Shown piece after piece: positions 24,032 to 32,000 of a stretch of DNA of 32,000 nucleotides (the stretch's first letter is position 1; the number at the start of each line of letters is the position of its first letter). The stretch comes from Microcystis aeruginosa NIES-843 (GTDB taxonomy: Bacteria; Cyanobacteriota; Cyanobacteriia; Cyanobacteriales; Microcystaceae), in NCBI RefSeq assembly GCF_000010625.1, contig NC_010296.1, positions 1,830,001-1,862,000 on the forward strand, written 5' to 3'. A model generated the notes under the pieces. The model searched no databases. It had not been told where the DNA came from and was given only the letters and a program-made list of their open reading frames with translations. The translations under genes were made by a program, and so were the position numbers.

Positions 24032-24080
24032 TGATTATGATTCTGATCTTATCACAGTCGGTGAGAATCGTTATCATTCT
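24032..24080. promoter_or_regulatory. Candidate Zur/Fur-type operator(s) upstream of the znuA-like gene
   Basis: tgattatgattctgatcttatca (24032..24054) is AT-rich and Fur-box-like. AGAATcgttatcATTCT (24064..24080) is a 5-7-5 inverted repeat. Both lie 15-65 nt upstream of the ATG at 24016. Confidence 0.35.
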
Positions 24081-24163
24081 GAAAATATTTCGGTATAGAT
24101 GTACTGGTTTTTCGTCCTTCGATCTTTCGCTCCCAATTAAAAATTTTCTCTTGCTAACTAACG

Positions 24164-24218
24164 CTTGACATGATATTATATAGATAATGGAAAATCCGTG
24201 CGCCTGCGACCCCCCTCT
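24164..24218 (+). repeat. Promoter-like leader element, degenerate copy H in opposite orientation (pointing toward mfd)
   Basis: acgcTTGACAtgatattatatagataatggaaaatccgtgcgcctgcgacccccctct aligns with the minus-strand form of the other copies. Confidence 0.5.
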
Positions 24219-24615
24219 GGTCAAGTCAAGTAAAGCCCAAAAAAATTAACCCCAAAAAGTAGTGGGTAAACTGGAAACTGATACTCGTTAAGACTGCACC
24301 GGAGTGCCGGAGTTGGGAGAGGAAGCCTGAGCATTTGTACTAGAACTCCCAATAGGCAGTATAAATTCAGGAGAGCTTAACTAGAGCTTGCTGAATAAAT
24401 CTAAAAACCTTGTTGGGTAAGACTTTTAGACTTTTTGGGAAATCAAAAAGTACCGGACATGGGAGTGATCGGGGGGAAAATTCAGGGACTTTTTCCCTGA
24501 AAATTAGGTAATTGACCCCCTCAAAATCGGTAAAACCCTACACCCCACACCCTACCCCCACGAAAAACTTTTTGCCGCAAACCCTAACCAAAAACCGAGT
24601 GCCGATCACTAAAAA

Positions 24616-27600
24616 ATGACTTTTGCCTCCGTTATTCGCAACATTGAAAAATCGCCATTAACTGCCGAACTTATCCAAAAACTGGAGAAAAACGGCAATT
24701 TAACCCTAACCGGCCTTGCCCGCTTACCGAAAGGATTAATCGGCACAGCTTTCGCCCGTTGTCAAGGAAAAAATCTTTTAATTATCTGTGCCAATCTGGA
24801 GGAAGCGGCACGTTGGGCGGCACAATTAGAAGCGATGACGTGGAAAGGTGTTTTCTTTTATCCCACCTCGGAAGCTTGCCCCTACGAGAGATTTAATCGG
24901 GAATCCGAGATGATTTGGGGGCAGATGCAGGTATTATCGGCAATCAGTCATCAAGAGGCCGGAATTGCGATCGTTACCACCGAAAAGGCCCTGCAGCCCC
25001 ATTTACCCCCTAGAGAGGTTTTCGAGCAGTATAGCGATAATTTTGCGGTAGGAAGGGTTATAGAAGCCAAAAACCTCGATCTAACCCTAGCTAGATTAGG
25101 ATATGAACGGGTTTCACTGGTAGAAACCGAAGGGCAATGGAGTCGTCGCGGCGATATCGTTGATATTTTCCCAGTTTCGGCCGAATTACCGGTCAGGTTA
25201 GAATTTTTCGGCGATGAATTGGAAAAATTGCGAGAATTTGACCCTGCCACCCAAAGATCCCTCGATTCTATCCCCAATCTGCTTCTTACTCCCACTAGCT
25301 TCGCGGCGATGATTGCCCCTTCTCTTCCCCCCACAGTGGCCGATTATTTGGAGGCTGAAGAGCGAGAAAAATTGGCTAATGGCATTTATCCAGAGGGAAT
25401 TGAGCGATTTTTAGGCTTGTCCTTCCGTCAACCTGCCTCTTTATTGGATTATCTCCCCGAAAATACTCTTATTGCCTTTGATGAACTGGAAAGCTGTCAA
25501 GCTAGAAGCGATCGCTGGATAGAATATATTGGGGAACGCTGGCAAGAGATAGAACCAGCTTTACCGCAAATTCACCGTTCTTTTGGCGAATCTCTGCAAA
25601 TATCGGTTAAATTTCCCCATCTCTACCTCTCAGAAATAGACGATCACCTCTCCGAAAATAGTCTTAATCTCTCCAGTCGTCCGATTCCCACCAATCCGGG
25701 GCAATTCGCCAAACTAGCGGAAATTTTACGGGGAAAAAGAGAGATTTATAGCGGTATTAAAGTAAATAAGTACGCTACATGGTTAATATCTGCCCAACCC
25801 TCCCGTACAGTCTCGTTATTACAGGAACACGACTGTCCAGCCCAATTTATCCCCAATCCCCTCGATTTTGGGGCGATCGAGCGCTTAATCATTCAAAACA
25901 CCGCTACAGCCCTAAAATACTCAGGATTAGCTGAATTAGAAGGTTTTATCCTCCCCACCTATCGCATAGTCGTCGTTAGCGATCGAGAGTTCTTCGGGCA
26001 ACATCTTTTAAATACTGCTGGTTACGTCCGCAAACGTCGGCAAGCAGCCTCGGTACAGGTGGACGTGAACAAACTCCGTCCCCTCGACTTTGTAGTACAT
26101 AAACACCATGGCATCGGACAGTTTATCAAACTAGAAAAGCAGGAAAGCACAATTAGCGGAGTAGTGCAAGGTCGAGATTATCTAGTTATTAAGTATGCTG
26201 ATGGATTATTGCGGGTTCCTGCCGATTCTGTTGATAATCTCTCCCGTTATCGTCATACAGGTAATCAAGAGCCTGAATTACATAAAATCTCTGGCAAAGC
26301 GTGGGAAGCAACGAAAGCCCGCGTCAGGAAGTCGGTTAAGAAGTTAGCGGTTGATTTAATCAATATTTACGCCCAACGCGCCCAAAAATCGGGTTTTGCC
26401 TATCCGATGGATAATCCCTGGCAGCGGGAGTTAGAGGATTCTTTTCCCTACCAACCCACTGCTGATCAACTGAAAGCAATACAGGATGTGAAACGGGATT
26501 TAGAAAGCGATCGCCCGATGGATCGCTTAGTCTGTGGTGATGTGGGTTTTGGTAAGACAGAAGTGGCCATTCGTGCTATTTTTAAAGCTGTCACCACGGG
26601 TCATAAACAGGTGGCTTTATTAGCACCAACAACGATTTTAACCCAACAACATTATCACACCCTAAAAGAACGTTTTGCTCCCTATCCCATTAATGTGGGT
26701 TTATTAAATCGTTTTCGCACCAATTCCGAGAAAAAAGATATCGTCCAGCGCTTGAAAACGGGGGAATTGGATATAGTAGTGGGGACGCAGTTGTTATTGA
26801 GTAAAGCGGTGGAGTTTAAAGATTTAGGATTATTGGTAATTGATGAAGAACAGCGTTTTGGGGTCAATCAAAAGGAAAAAATTAAGGCTTTTAAAAGTAA
26901 TATTGATGTGTTAACCTTGACGGCAACACCGATTCCCCGGACTCTTTATATGTCCCTTTCTGGGGTGCGAGAAATGAGTTTAATTACCACACCTCCTCCC
27001 TCTCGTCGTCCCATCCAAACCCACCTTTCTAGTTATAATTCTGATGTGATTAGAACGGCAATTCGCAATGAATTGGATCGGGGGGGACAGATTTTTTATG
27101 TAGTACCAAGAATCGAGGGAATTGAAGAAAAAGCGGCAGCAATTCAAGGGATGATTCCGGGTGCTAGAATTGCCATCGGCCACGGTCGTATGGATGAGGC
27201 TGAATTAGAGACCACCATGTTAGCTTTTAATAATGGGGAAGCGGATATCTTAGTCTGTACGACTATTGTAGAGTCGGGGTTAGATATTCCCAGAGTTAAC
27301 ACGATTATCATTGAAGATGCCCAAAAATTCGGTTTAGCGCAACTCTATCAACTGCGGGGACGGGTGGGGCGATCGGGAGTACAAGCGCACGCTTGGTTAC
27401 TTTATCCGGCCAAGGCAGAACTAACAGAAACCGCTCGGGAAAGATTAAAGGCAATTCAAGAATTTACCCAGTTAGGATCGGGGTATCAATTAGCAACTAG
27501 GGATCTGGAAATTCGCGGTGCGGGTAACTTATTAGGTGCGGAACAATCGGGACAAATGGAAGCGATCGGTTTTGATCTATATATGGAAATGTTACAGGAA

Positions 27601-28098
27601 GCTTTGCGAGAAATTCAAGGTCAAGAAATTCCTCAAGTGGAGGATACCCAAATCGATCTGAAATTGACGGCATTTATTCCTAACGATTATATATCCGATC
27701 CGGAGCAGAAAATGGATGTCTATCGGGCGATCGCTACTGCCAATTCTCAGAAAAATTTAGGACAAATTGCCGCCGATTTAGTCGATAGATATGGGGCAAT
27801 TCCTTCCCCAGTGGCACAATTATTTAAGGTAATCGAGTTAAAACATCTGGCTAAATCCCTCGGTTTTTCGCGCATTAAACCCGATGGAAAACAGCATATT
27901 ATCCTCGAAACTCCTATGGAGGAACCAGCGTGGAAATTATTACAAGAACACCTACCCCAACATATACAATCACGCTTTGTTTATAGTCCCAAACAGGTGA
28001 CGGTTAGGGGTTTAGGATTGGTAAAACCACCACAGCAGTTAGATAGTTTATTGGACTGGTTGGCTAAGTGTAAAGATGGTTTACCGATGGGGAATTAG
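24616..28098 (+). CDS. mfd: Transcription-repair coupling factor
   Basis: 1160 aa with a UvrB-like N-terminus, a CarD/RNAP-interacting region ([13 protein letters not shown]), superfamily-2 helicase motifs ([26 protein letters not shown]) and a TRCF C-terminal domain. Confidence 0.95.
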   Translation: MTFASVIRNIEKSPLTAELIQKLEKNGNLTLTGLARLPKGLIGTAFARCQGKNLLIICANLEEAARWAAQLEAMTWKGVFFYPTSEACPYERFNRESEMIWGQMQVLSAISHQEAGIAIVTTEKALQPHLPPREVFEQYSDNFAVGRVIEAKNLDLTLARLGYERVSLVETEGQWSRRGDIVDIFPVSAELPVRLEFFGDELEKLREFDPATQRSLDSIPNLLLTPTSFAAMIAPSLPPTVADYLEAEEREKLANGIYPEGIERFLGLSFRQPASLLDYLPENTLIAFDELESCQARSDRWIEYIGERWQEIEPALPQIHRSFGESLQISVKFPHLYLSEIDDHLSENSLNLSSRPIPTNPGQFAKLAEILRGKREIYSGIKVNKYATWLISAQPSRTVSLLQEHDCPAQFIPNPLDFGAIERLIIQNTATALKYSGLAELEGFILPTYRIVVVSDREFFGQHLLNTAGYVRKRRQAASVQVDVNKLRPLDFVVHKHHGIGQFIKLEKQESTISGVVQGRDYLVIKYADGLLRVPADSVDNLSRYRHTGNQEPELHKISGKAWEATKARVRKSVKKLAVDLINIYAQRAQKSGFAYPMDNPWQRELEDSFPYQPTADQLKAIQDVKRDLESDRPMDRLVCGDVGFGKTEVAIRAIFKAVTTGHKQVALLAPTTILTQQHYHTLKERFAPYPINVGLLNRFRTNSEKKDIVQRLKTGELDIVVGTQLLLSKAVEFKDLGLLVIDEEQRFGVNQKEKIKAFKSNIDVLTLTATPIPRTLYMSLSGVREMSLITTPPPSRRPIQTHLSSYNSDVIRTAIRNELDRGGQIFYVVPRIEGIEEKAAAIQGMIPGARIAIGHGRMDEAELETTMLAFNNGEADILVCTTIVESGLDIPRVNTIIIEDAQKFGLAQLYQLRGRVGRSGVQAHAWLLYPAKAELTETARERLKAIQEFTQLGSGYQLATRDLEIRGAGNLLGAEQSGQMEAIGFDLYMEMLQEALREIQGQEIPQVEDTQIDLKLTAFIPNDYISDPEQKMDVYRAIATANSQKNLGQIAADLVDRYGAIPSPVAQLFKVIELKHLAKSLGFSRIKPDGKQHIILETPMEEPAWKLLQEHLPQHIQSRFVYSPKQVTVRGLGLVKPPQQLDSLLDWLAKCKDGLPMGN

Positions 28099-28220
28099 AC
28101 TAAATCCTGTTTAAAAGGTATAGGAGAGCGGGAGGTGGGGAGTGGGGAGCAGGGGAGAAGATAATAAATAAGAGTAATCTCCTGAATTCAGAATCCTGAC
28201 TCCTATACTCTGTTATAAAA

Positions 28221-28244
28221 AGCACCTCATAGATATGAGGTGCT
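28221..28244 (-). terminator. Intrinsic terminator hairpin downstream of tRNA-Ser; possibly also serves convergent mfd
   Basis: AGCACCTCATagatATGAGGTGCT has a 10-bp perfect stem. On the minus strand it is followed by TTTTTAT, on the plus strand only by TTTGGGG. Confidence 0.7.
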
Positions 28245-28251
28245 TTGGGGA

Positions 28252-28338
28252 CGGAGAGAGAGGGATTCGAACCCTCGTTAAAGTTACCCCTAAACAGCAT
28301 TTCCAGTGCTGCGCCTTCAACCGCTCGGCCATCTCTCC
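28252..28338 (-). tRNA. tRNA-Ser (anticodon GGA), 87 nt, long variable arm, no encoded CCA
   Basis: The reverse complement is GGAGAGATGGCCGAGCGGTTGAAGGCGCAGCACTGGAAATGCTGTTTAGGGGTAACTTTAACGAGGGTTCGAATCCCTCTCTCTCCG. The acceptor stem is GGAGAGA/TCTCTCC. The anticodon stem is CAGCA/TGCTG with loop CTGGAAA. The T arm is GAGGG-TTCGAAT-CCCTC. Confidence 0.9.
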
Positions 28339-28444
28339 AATTGAGGTCACGATCATCAATCCTACAGCAAATGCTGCCGATCTGTCAAATTATTTTTTGA
28401 TGGGAAACGCTGTAACCTGTCTGGGGGTCCCACTGCAAGACTTT

Positions 28445-29542
28445 TCAAGCATACCCTAGATATTGATTTAAGATTGCGGCCGTAGCTAGACCAGTTTTTT
28501 GCCAACTAAACTCATCGGCCCGTTTTTTGCCTAGATGACTTAATTTTGAGTGTAATTGTCGATCTTGAGCGATAATTTTCAGGGCATCGGCTAGGGCCTC
28601 GACTCGATAGGGATCGATTAAAATTGCCGCTGTTGCCGTGACTTCGGGCAAAGATGACAAATTTGAGGTAATGACGGGTGTACCGCAGGCCATAGCCTCT
28701 AAAACGGGCAATCCGAAGCCTTCCCAGAGACTGGGGAAGACTAAAGCAGTGGCTTGACTGATAACTTTGGGTAGGTGATCGTAGGGGATATAGTCGAGAA
28801 ATTTAATGCGATCGCTGACGGCTAATTCTTGCGCTTGTTGTTGTAAATTGGGGGTATAACGGCGATCAAAGCTGCCGGCAATCCAAAGACGATAATCGCT
28901 TAAATCTGGGGGCAGTTGGGCAAAAGCGGCGATTAAACGCGGTAAATTTTTATAGGGATTGGGACGACCGAGATAGAGAAAATAGGGATGCTCTGGCTTA
29001 TTATCTTGAATAGGGCGAAAGTGATGATGATCGTAGGCTAGGGGAATAGAAGTAATTTTATCGGCGGGAATTTGATAATATTCAGTGATATCTTTGGCCG
29101 TTGCCTGAGAGTTACAGATAATATGTTTTGCCTGTTGTAATACCTGCGGCACATAATAACGGAAATAGTGAGTTAAGGGGGAAGTAAAACTGGGAAACCG
29201 CAGGGGAATTAAATCGTGGACCATGACGACAAAGCGACAGGGAGAATTTATCGGCGCTTCTGGAAGGGGAGAAAAGAGTAAATTGGCCTTTAATTGTCGG
29301 TAAATTGACGATAACCGAAACTGAGTCCAGAGTAAGCGTTTTAAATGACCTTTCGCTCCTCGATCGGGGGCGAGACCCTTGGGGATAGAATAACAGTTAA
29401 AGTCGGGATAACTATTAGCTGTTAGTAGGGTTGGTTCTAAATTTTTCAGGTAGGGTAAGAGGTTAAGAATGTAGGTACTGATTCCTGTGGGTTGGGGAAA
29501 AAGTACCGAGAGATTAATTAATAACTTATGCTGTGTATTCAC
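28445..29542 (-). CDS. Glycosyltransferase family 4 (GT-B, Glycos_transf_1)
   Basis: 365 aa with a GTG start and C-terminal motifs FPSLWEGFGLPVLEAMACGTPVITSN. The start overlaps the upstream TPR gene stop by 1 nt (TAGTG). Confidence 0.85.
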   Translation of the reverse strand: MNTQHKLLINLSVLFPQPTGISTYILNLLPYLKNLEPTLLTANSYPDFNCYSIPKGLAPDRGAKGHLKRLLWTQFRLSSIYRQLKANLLFSPLPEAPINSPCRFVVMVHDLIPLRFPSFTSPLTHYFRYYVPQVLQQAKHIICNSQATAKDITEYYQIPADKITSIPLAYDHHHFRPIQDNKPEHPYFLYLGRPNPYKNLPRLIAAFAQLPPDLSDYRLWIAGSFDRRYTPNLQQQAQELAVSDRIKFLDYIPYDHLPKVISQATALVFPSLWEGFGLPVLEAMACGTPVITSNLSSLPEVTATAAILIDPYRVEALADALKIIAQDRQLHSKLSHLGKKRADEFSWQKTGLATAAILNQYLGYA

Positions 29543-31371
29543 TAATTACCCTGTTGATATTTGCTGAGAATTTCTGAGATATATTGGTAGCCTTCCAGTC
29601 CAATAGATTTAATCAGGGAGGAACGTTCCAGACTGAAAGTTTGTTCAAAAGCTGCGATATTTTTGCCGCGAATAACCGTTAATAGACTAGCAGCTTGTCG
29701 CCATTCTGCTGCACCGATTTCGTGCAGCCAATACATTCCTAGAGAACCCATATAAATTGCCTGTTCAAAATTCTTATCTTGATAGTAAGCTTCGCCTAAA
29801 TAAGTTAGTAATAAACCTTGCAGATATACATCCCCGTAGTATTTGGCCGATTCCAATCCTTGCAGGAGAATATTAATCGCTTCTTGGGTTCTTTCAAGGA
29901 TAAGATATGCTAGACCTAAACTGCTACAACAAAGGGATTTACTCTGCCAATCTTGGAGACTTTCCGCTAACTTTAATCCCTGCTGTAAATACTCGATCGA
30001 ACTTTGATAAATTTCGGGATCGTATCTCTCTAACTGTTGCGCTTCCTGTACCTGACTATAACCCAAATTAGCTAAAGCGTTAGCCTGTCCTAAACTATTA
30101 CCCTGTTGACGACTTAAAATTAAAGCTCTCTGACTTAAATTAATCGCTTCTGCATAGTTTTTTTGGATAGCATTGAGACGGGATAAATGGTTTAAATTAG
30201 CTATTTCACAAGCATAATCCTGTTGTTGACGGGCAATTTCTAAAGCTTGTTGATGACATTCTCTGGCCTGTGGATAGTCGCCGCGAATGCGATTAGAATA
30301 GGCAATTAAAGTTAAAATTCTCGCCTTTTCTCCCGTGCCTTCCACATAACGCAGAGGAATTGATAAATAGTCTAACGCATCCTTGAGATAACTGCCAGAA
30401 AAGGAGGCAAAAATTCCCCCGTATAAAGGAAAATAATCCCGTTGAGCAAAGGTTCTCAGAATTTGTAAAGCCATCTGAAAACAGCCACGACTATAGAGGG
30501 AATTTTTACTAACTTGCTCGAAACTATTGGTTAACAGCGACCAAATTAAAGCAAAGGTGAGAAAGGTAGAGATGGATAATTTGGCTCCTAATTTTTCGCT
30601 ATAGATGCGCTGATCAAAAAAGTTAATTAGTCCTCTTTGGATATATTGAAAAACAATAGCAGTTTCTACCCAATCGGTTAAAGTTAAATCCTGAGTGAGA
30701 GGATGAAAAGCTTGTTGATTAGCTAAACTTTCTAAGACTCGTTTTAACCAAGAGGGATTAACTTTACTTGCCCAAATTTGCCAAGGAGTCACTCGCTCAT
30801 TGTCATTAGTAAAACCAAGATTGCGATTTTGTTCGTAGAGCCAACTGGTGAGATCATTCGATAAATTTGACCAAGTATTTAACCCCAGATTAATCCCCGT
30901 GGCAATTTGCCATAAATCCGCTTCTCCCCGCTGCTGAGCAACTGTCTGTAAATGCTTGGCTAACTGTTGCAATTGTTCTAGGGTTAAAGCATTATTTTGA
31001 TTGGGATCAATTAAATTTACTAAAGTCAGTAAACGATCCTCTCGATCGATTTTCACAAGATTATCGATCGCCGCTGCAGTGAGAGAATTTTGCTGATTGG
31101 TTTTTTGATATTTTTCCCATTCACTTTCGATCGTTTCCAAGGCCCGCAAAACCCTAGTGGCTTTAATTTTTGTTTCTAACTGTGAGCGAGTAACGATTAT
31201 TTTTTCGGTTAAACAACGCTCAAAAATTTCTCCTGTGCCATTTTTTACTCCCTCGGACAAAAGGTTATAAACCTGTGACTTAGCCCTAATTTTTCCTTCC
31301 AAAGTTAGATTGACAATGCGATCAATTAGTGCATTATAAGTTTCGTTGAAGTTATCTCTATTGTCTGTCAT
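29542..31371 (-). CDS. Tetratricopeptide-repeat protein with an uncharacterised ~370-aa N-terminal region
   Basis: The 609-aa ORF has recognisable TPR-like helical repeats in its C-terminal ~240 aa (e.g. AEAINLSQRALILSRQQGNSLGQANALANLGYS). Confidence 0.7.
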   Translation of the reverse strand: MTDNRDNFNETYNALIDRIVNLTLEGKIRAKSQVYNLLSEGVKNGTGEIFERCLTEKIIVTRSQLETKIKATRVLRALETIESEWEKYQKTNQQNSLTAAAIDNLVKIDREDRLLTLVNLIDPNQNNALTLEQLQQLAKHLQTVAQQRGEADLWQIATGINLGLNTWSNLSNDLTSWLYEQNRNLGFTNDNERVTPWQIWASKVNPSWLKRVLESLANQQAFHPLTQDLTLTDWVETAIVFQYIQRGLINFFDQRIYSEKLGAKLSISTFLTFALIWSLLTNSFEQVSKNSLYSRGCFQMALQILRTFAQRDYFPLYGGIFASFSGSYLKDALDYLSIPLRYVEGTGEKARILTLIAYSNRIRGDYPQARECHQQALEIARQQQDYACEIANLNHLSRLNAIQKNYAEAINLSQRALILSRQQGNSLGQANALANLGYSQVQEAQQLERYDPEIYQSSIEYLQQGLKLAESLQDWQSKSLCCSSLGLAYLILERTQEAINILLQGLESAKYYGDVYLQGLLLTYLGEAYYQDKNFEQAIYMGSLGMYWLHEIGAAEWRQAASLLTVIRGKNIAAFEQTFSLERSSLIKSIGLEGYQYISEILSKYQQGN

Positions 31372-31381
31372 AGGGGGTTTT

Positions 31382-31493
31382 TCAGTTATCGGTAAACAGT
31401 CATCAGTAATCAGTAATTAGGGAGCGGTAAACAGCAATCAGTAATCAGTGAACCGAAGAACCACATCTGATAACTGATCACTGATCACCGATA
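31382..31493. repeat. Degenerate heptamer repeat tract (CAGTAAT/CAGTTAT/CTGATCA variants)
   Basis: tcagttatcggtaaacagtcatcagtaatcagtaattag...cagcaatcagtaatcagtg...ctgataactgatcactgatcaccgata. Confidence 0.7.
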
Positions 31494-31610
31494 AGGCTGA
31501 TATTTGGGGGAATTGTCTAGAAATCATGACAAAAGTTTTTTAATGGTTGAGCAGGCAAGAGATAAGATAACCTATGTATAGAATTTAACAAAAAATCTGG
31601 TTAACGGACA

Positions 31611-32000
31611 TTGATCAAGTCGATAGCACAGTGTCAAACGAGTTCTTTTCCCGCTCAGGTATGGCAATTAAATCACGGCTTAACCGTAATTCATCAGTAT
31701 TTACCCGTGACTCCTGTGGTGGTGGTGGATGTGTGGGTGAAAGCAGGTGCGATCGCTGAACCCGACCCATGGTTAGGTATGGCCCATTTTCTCGAACACA
31801 TGATCTTTAAGGGGACGAAAAAACTTCCCCCCGGACTCTTTGACTATTTAATCGAAAATTGTGGCGGAATGACCAACGCTGCCACCAGTCACGATTACGC
31901 ACACTTCTATCTCACCACCAGTGTGGACCAAATTGAACATACCTTACCCCATCTGGCCGAAATTCTCCTCCATGCTGAGATTGACGATGAGGAATTCTAT
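31611..32000 (+). CDS. M16 (pitrilysin) family zinc peptidase, N-terminal part (runs off the window)
   Basis: ...LNHGLTVIHQYLPVTPVVVVDVWVKAGAIAEPDPWLGMAHFLEHMIFKGT carries the HxxEH zinc motif. An in-frame stop lies at 31602..31604, so the start is probably TTG 31611 (uncertain). Confidence 0.75.
   Translation, partial: MIKSIAQCQTSSFPAQVWQLNHGLTVIHQYLPVTPVVVVDVWVKAGAIAEPDPWLGMAHFLEHMIFKGTKKLPPGLFDYLIENCGGMTNAATSHDYAHFYLTTSVDQIEHTLPHLAEILLHAEIDDEEFY

Noticed and set aside
24021-24224. 67-aa minus-strand ORF upstream of znuA
   Set aside because: It lies in the regulatory region and in the degenerate leader copy H, with no RBS or recognisable domain.
28100-28459. ORFs 28100..28300 (-) and 28235..28459 (+)
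   Set aside because: They overlap the tRNA-Ser gene, its terminator and a G-rich repeat tract (ggggag x3), and have no coding signal.

Overview
This looks like a cyanobacterial chromosome window, probably Microcystis-like. The evidence is frequent GCGATCGC (HIP1) sites, heptanucleotide tandem repeats, and the DUF29, Uma2 and RAYT/REP families; the organism call is an inference. Conserved blocks: a GldA/F/G-like ABC transporter operon (2996..6286, -), a GLYK-type glycerate kinase (6531..7511, -), an alpha/beta hydrolase (7807..8673, +), znuA/znuC-like genes (22260..24016, -), mfd (24616..28098, +), tRNA-Ser(GGA) (28252..28338, -), a TPR protein plus GT4 glycosyltransferase operon (28445..31371, -) and the start of an M16 peptidase (31611..32000, +). 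Positions 1..2950 and especially 8.7..22.2 kb form a decaying accessory mosaic. It holds 4 IS elements (two unrelated IS630-family, one ISL3-family, one IS5/Harbinger-like), two MITE families (five copies, one nested inside another), and a 1.2 kb segmental duplication. It also holds tandem and dispersed DUF29 units with a conserved promoter-like leader, RAYT remnants with long REP-like hairpins, and several small toxin-antitoxin-type pairs, most of them interrupted. The best candidate for an interesting system is a two-gene ABC-type ATPase plus Toprim-like module (11521..15941, +). It resembles PARIS, AbiL or a split OLD nuclease in architecture. Both genes are cleanly interrupted, by IS630 and ISL3 respectively, and both can be reconstructed in frame by hand. 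All calls rest on my own translation and motif recognition; no database search was possible.
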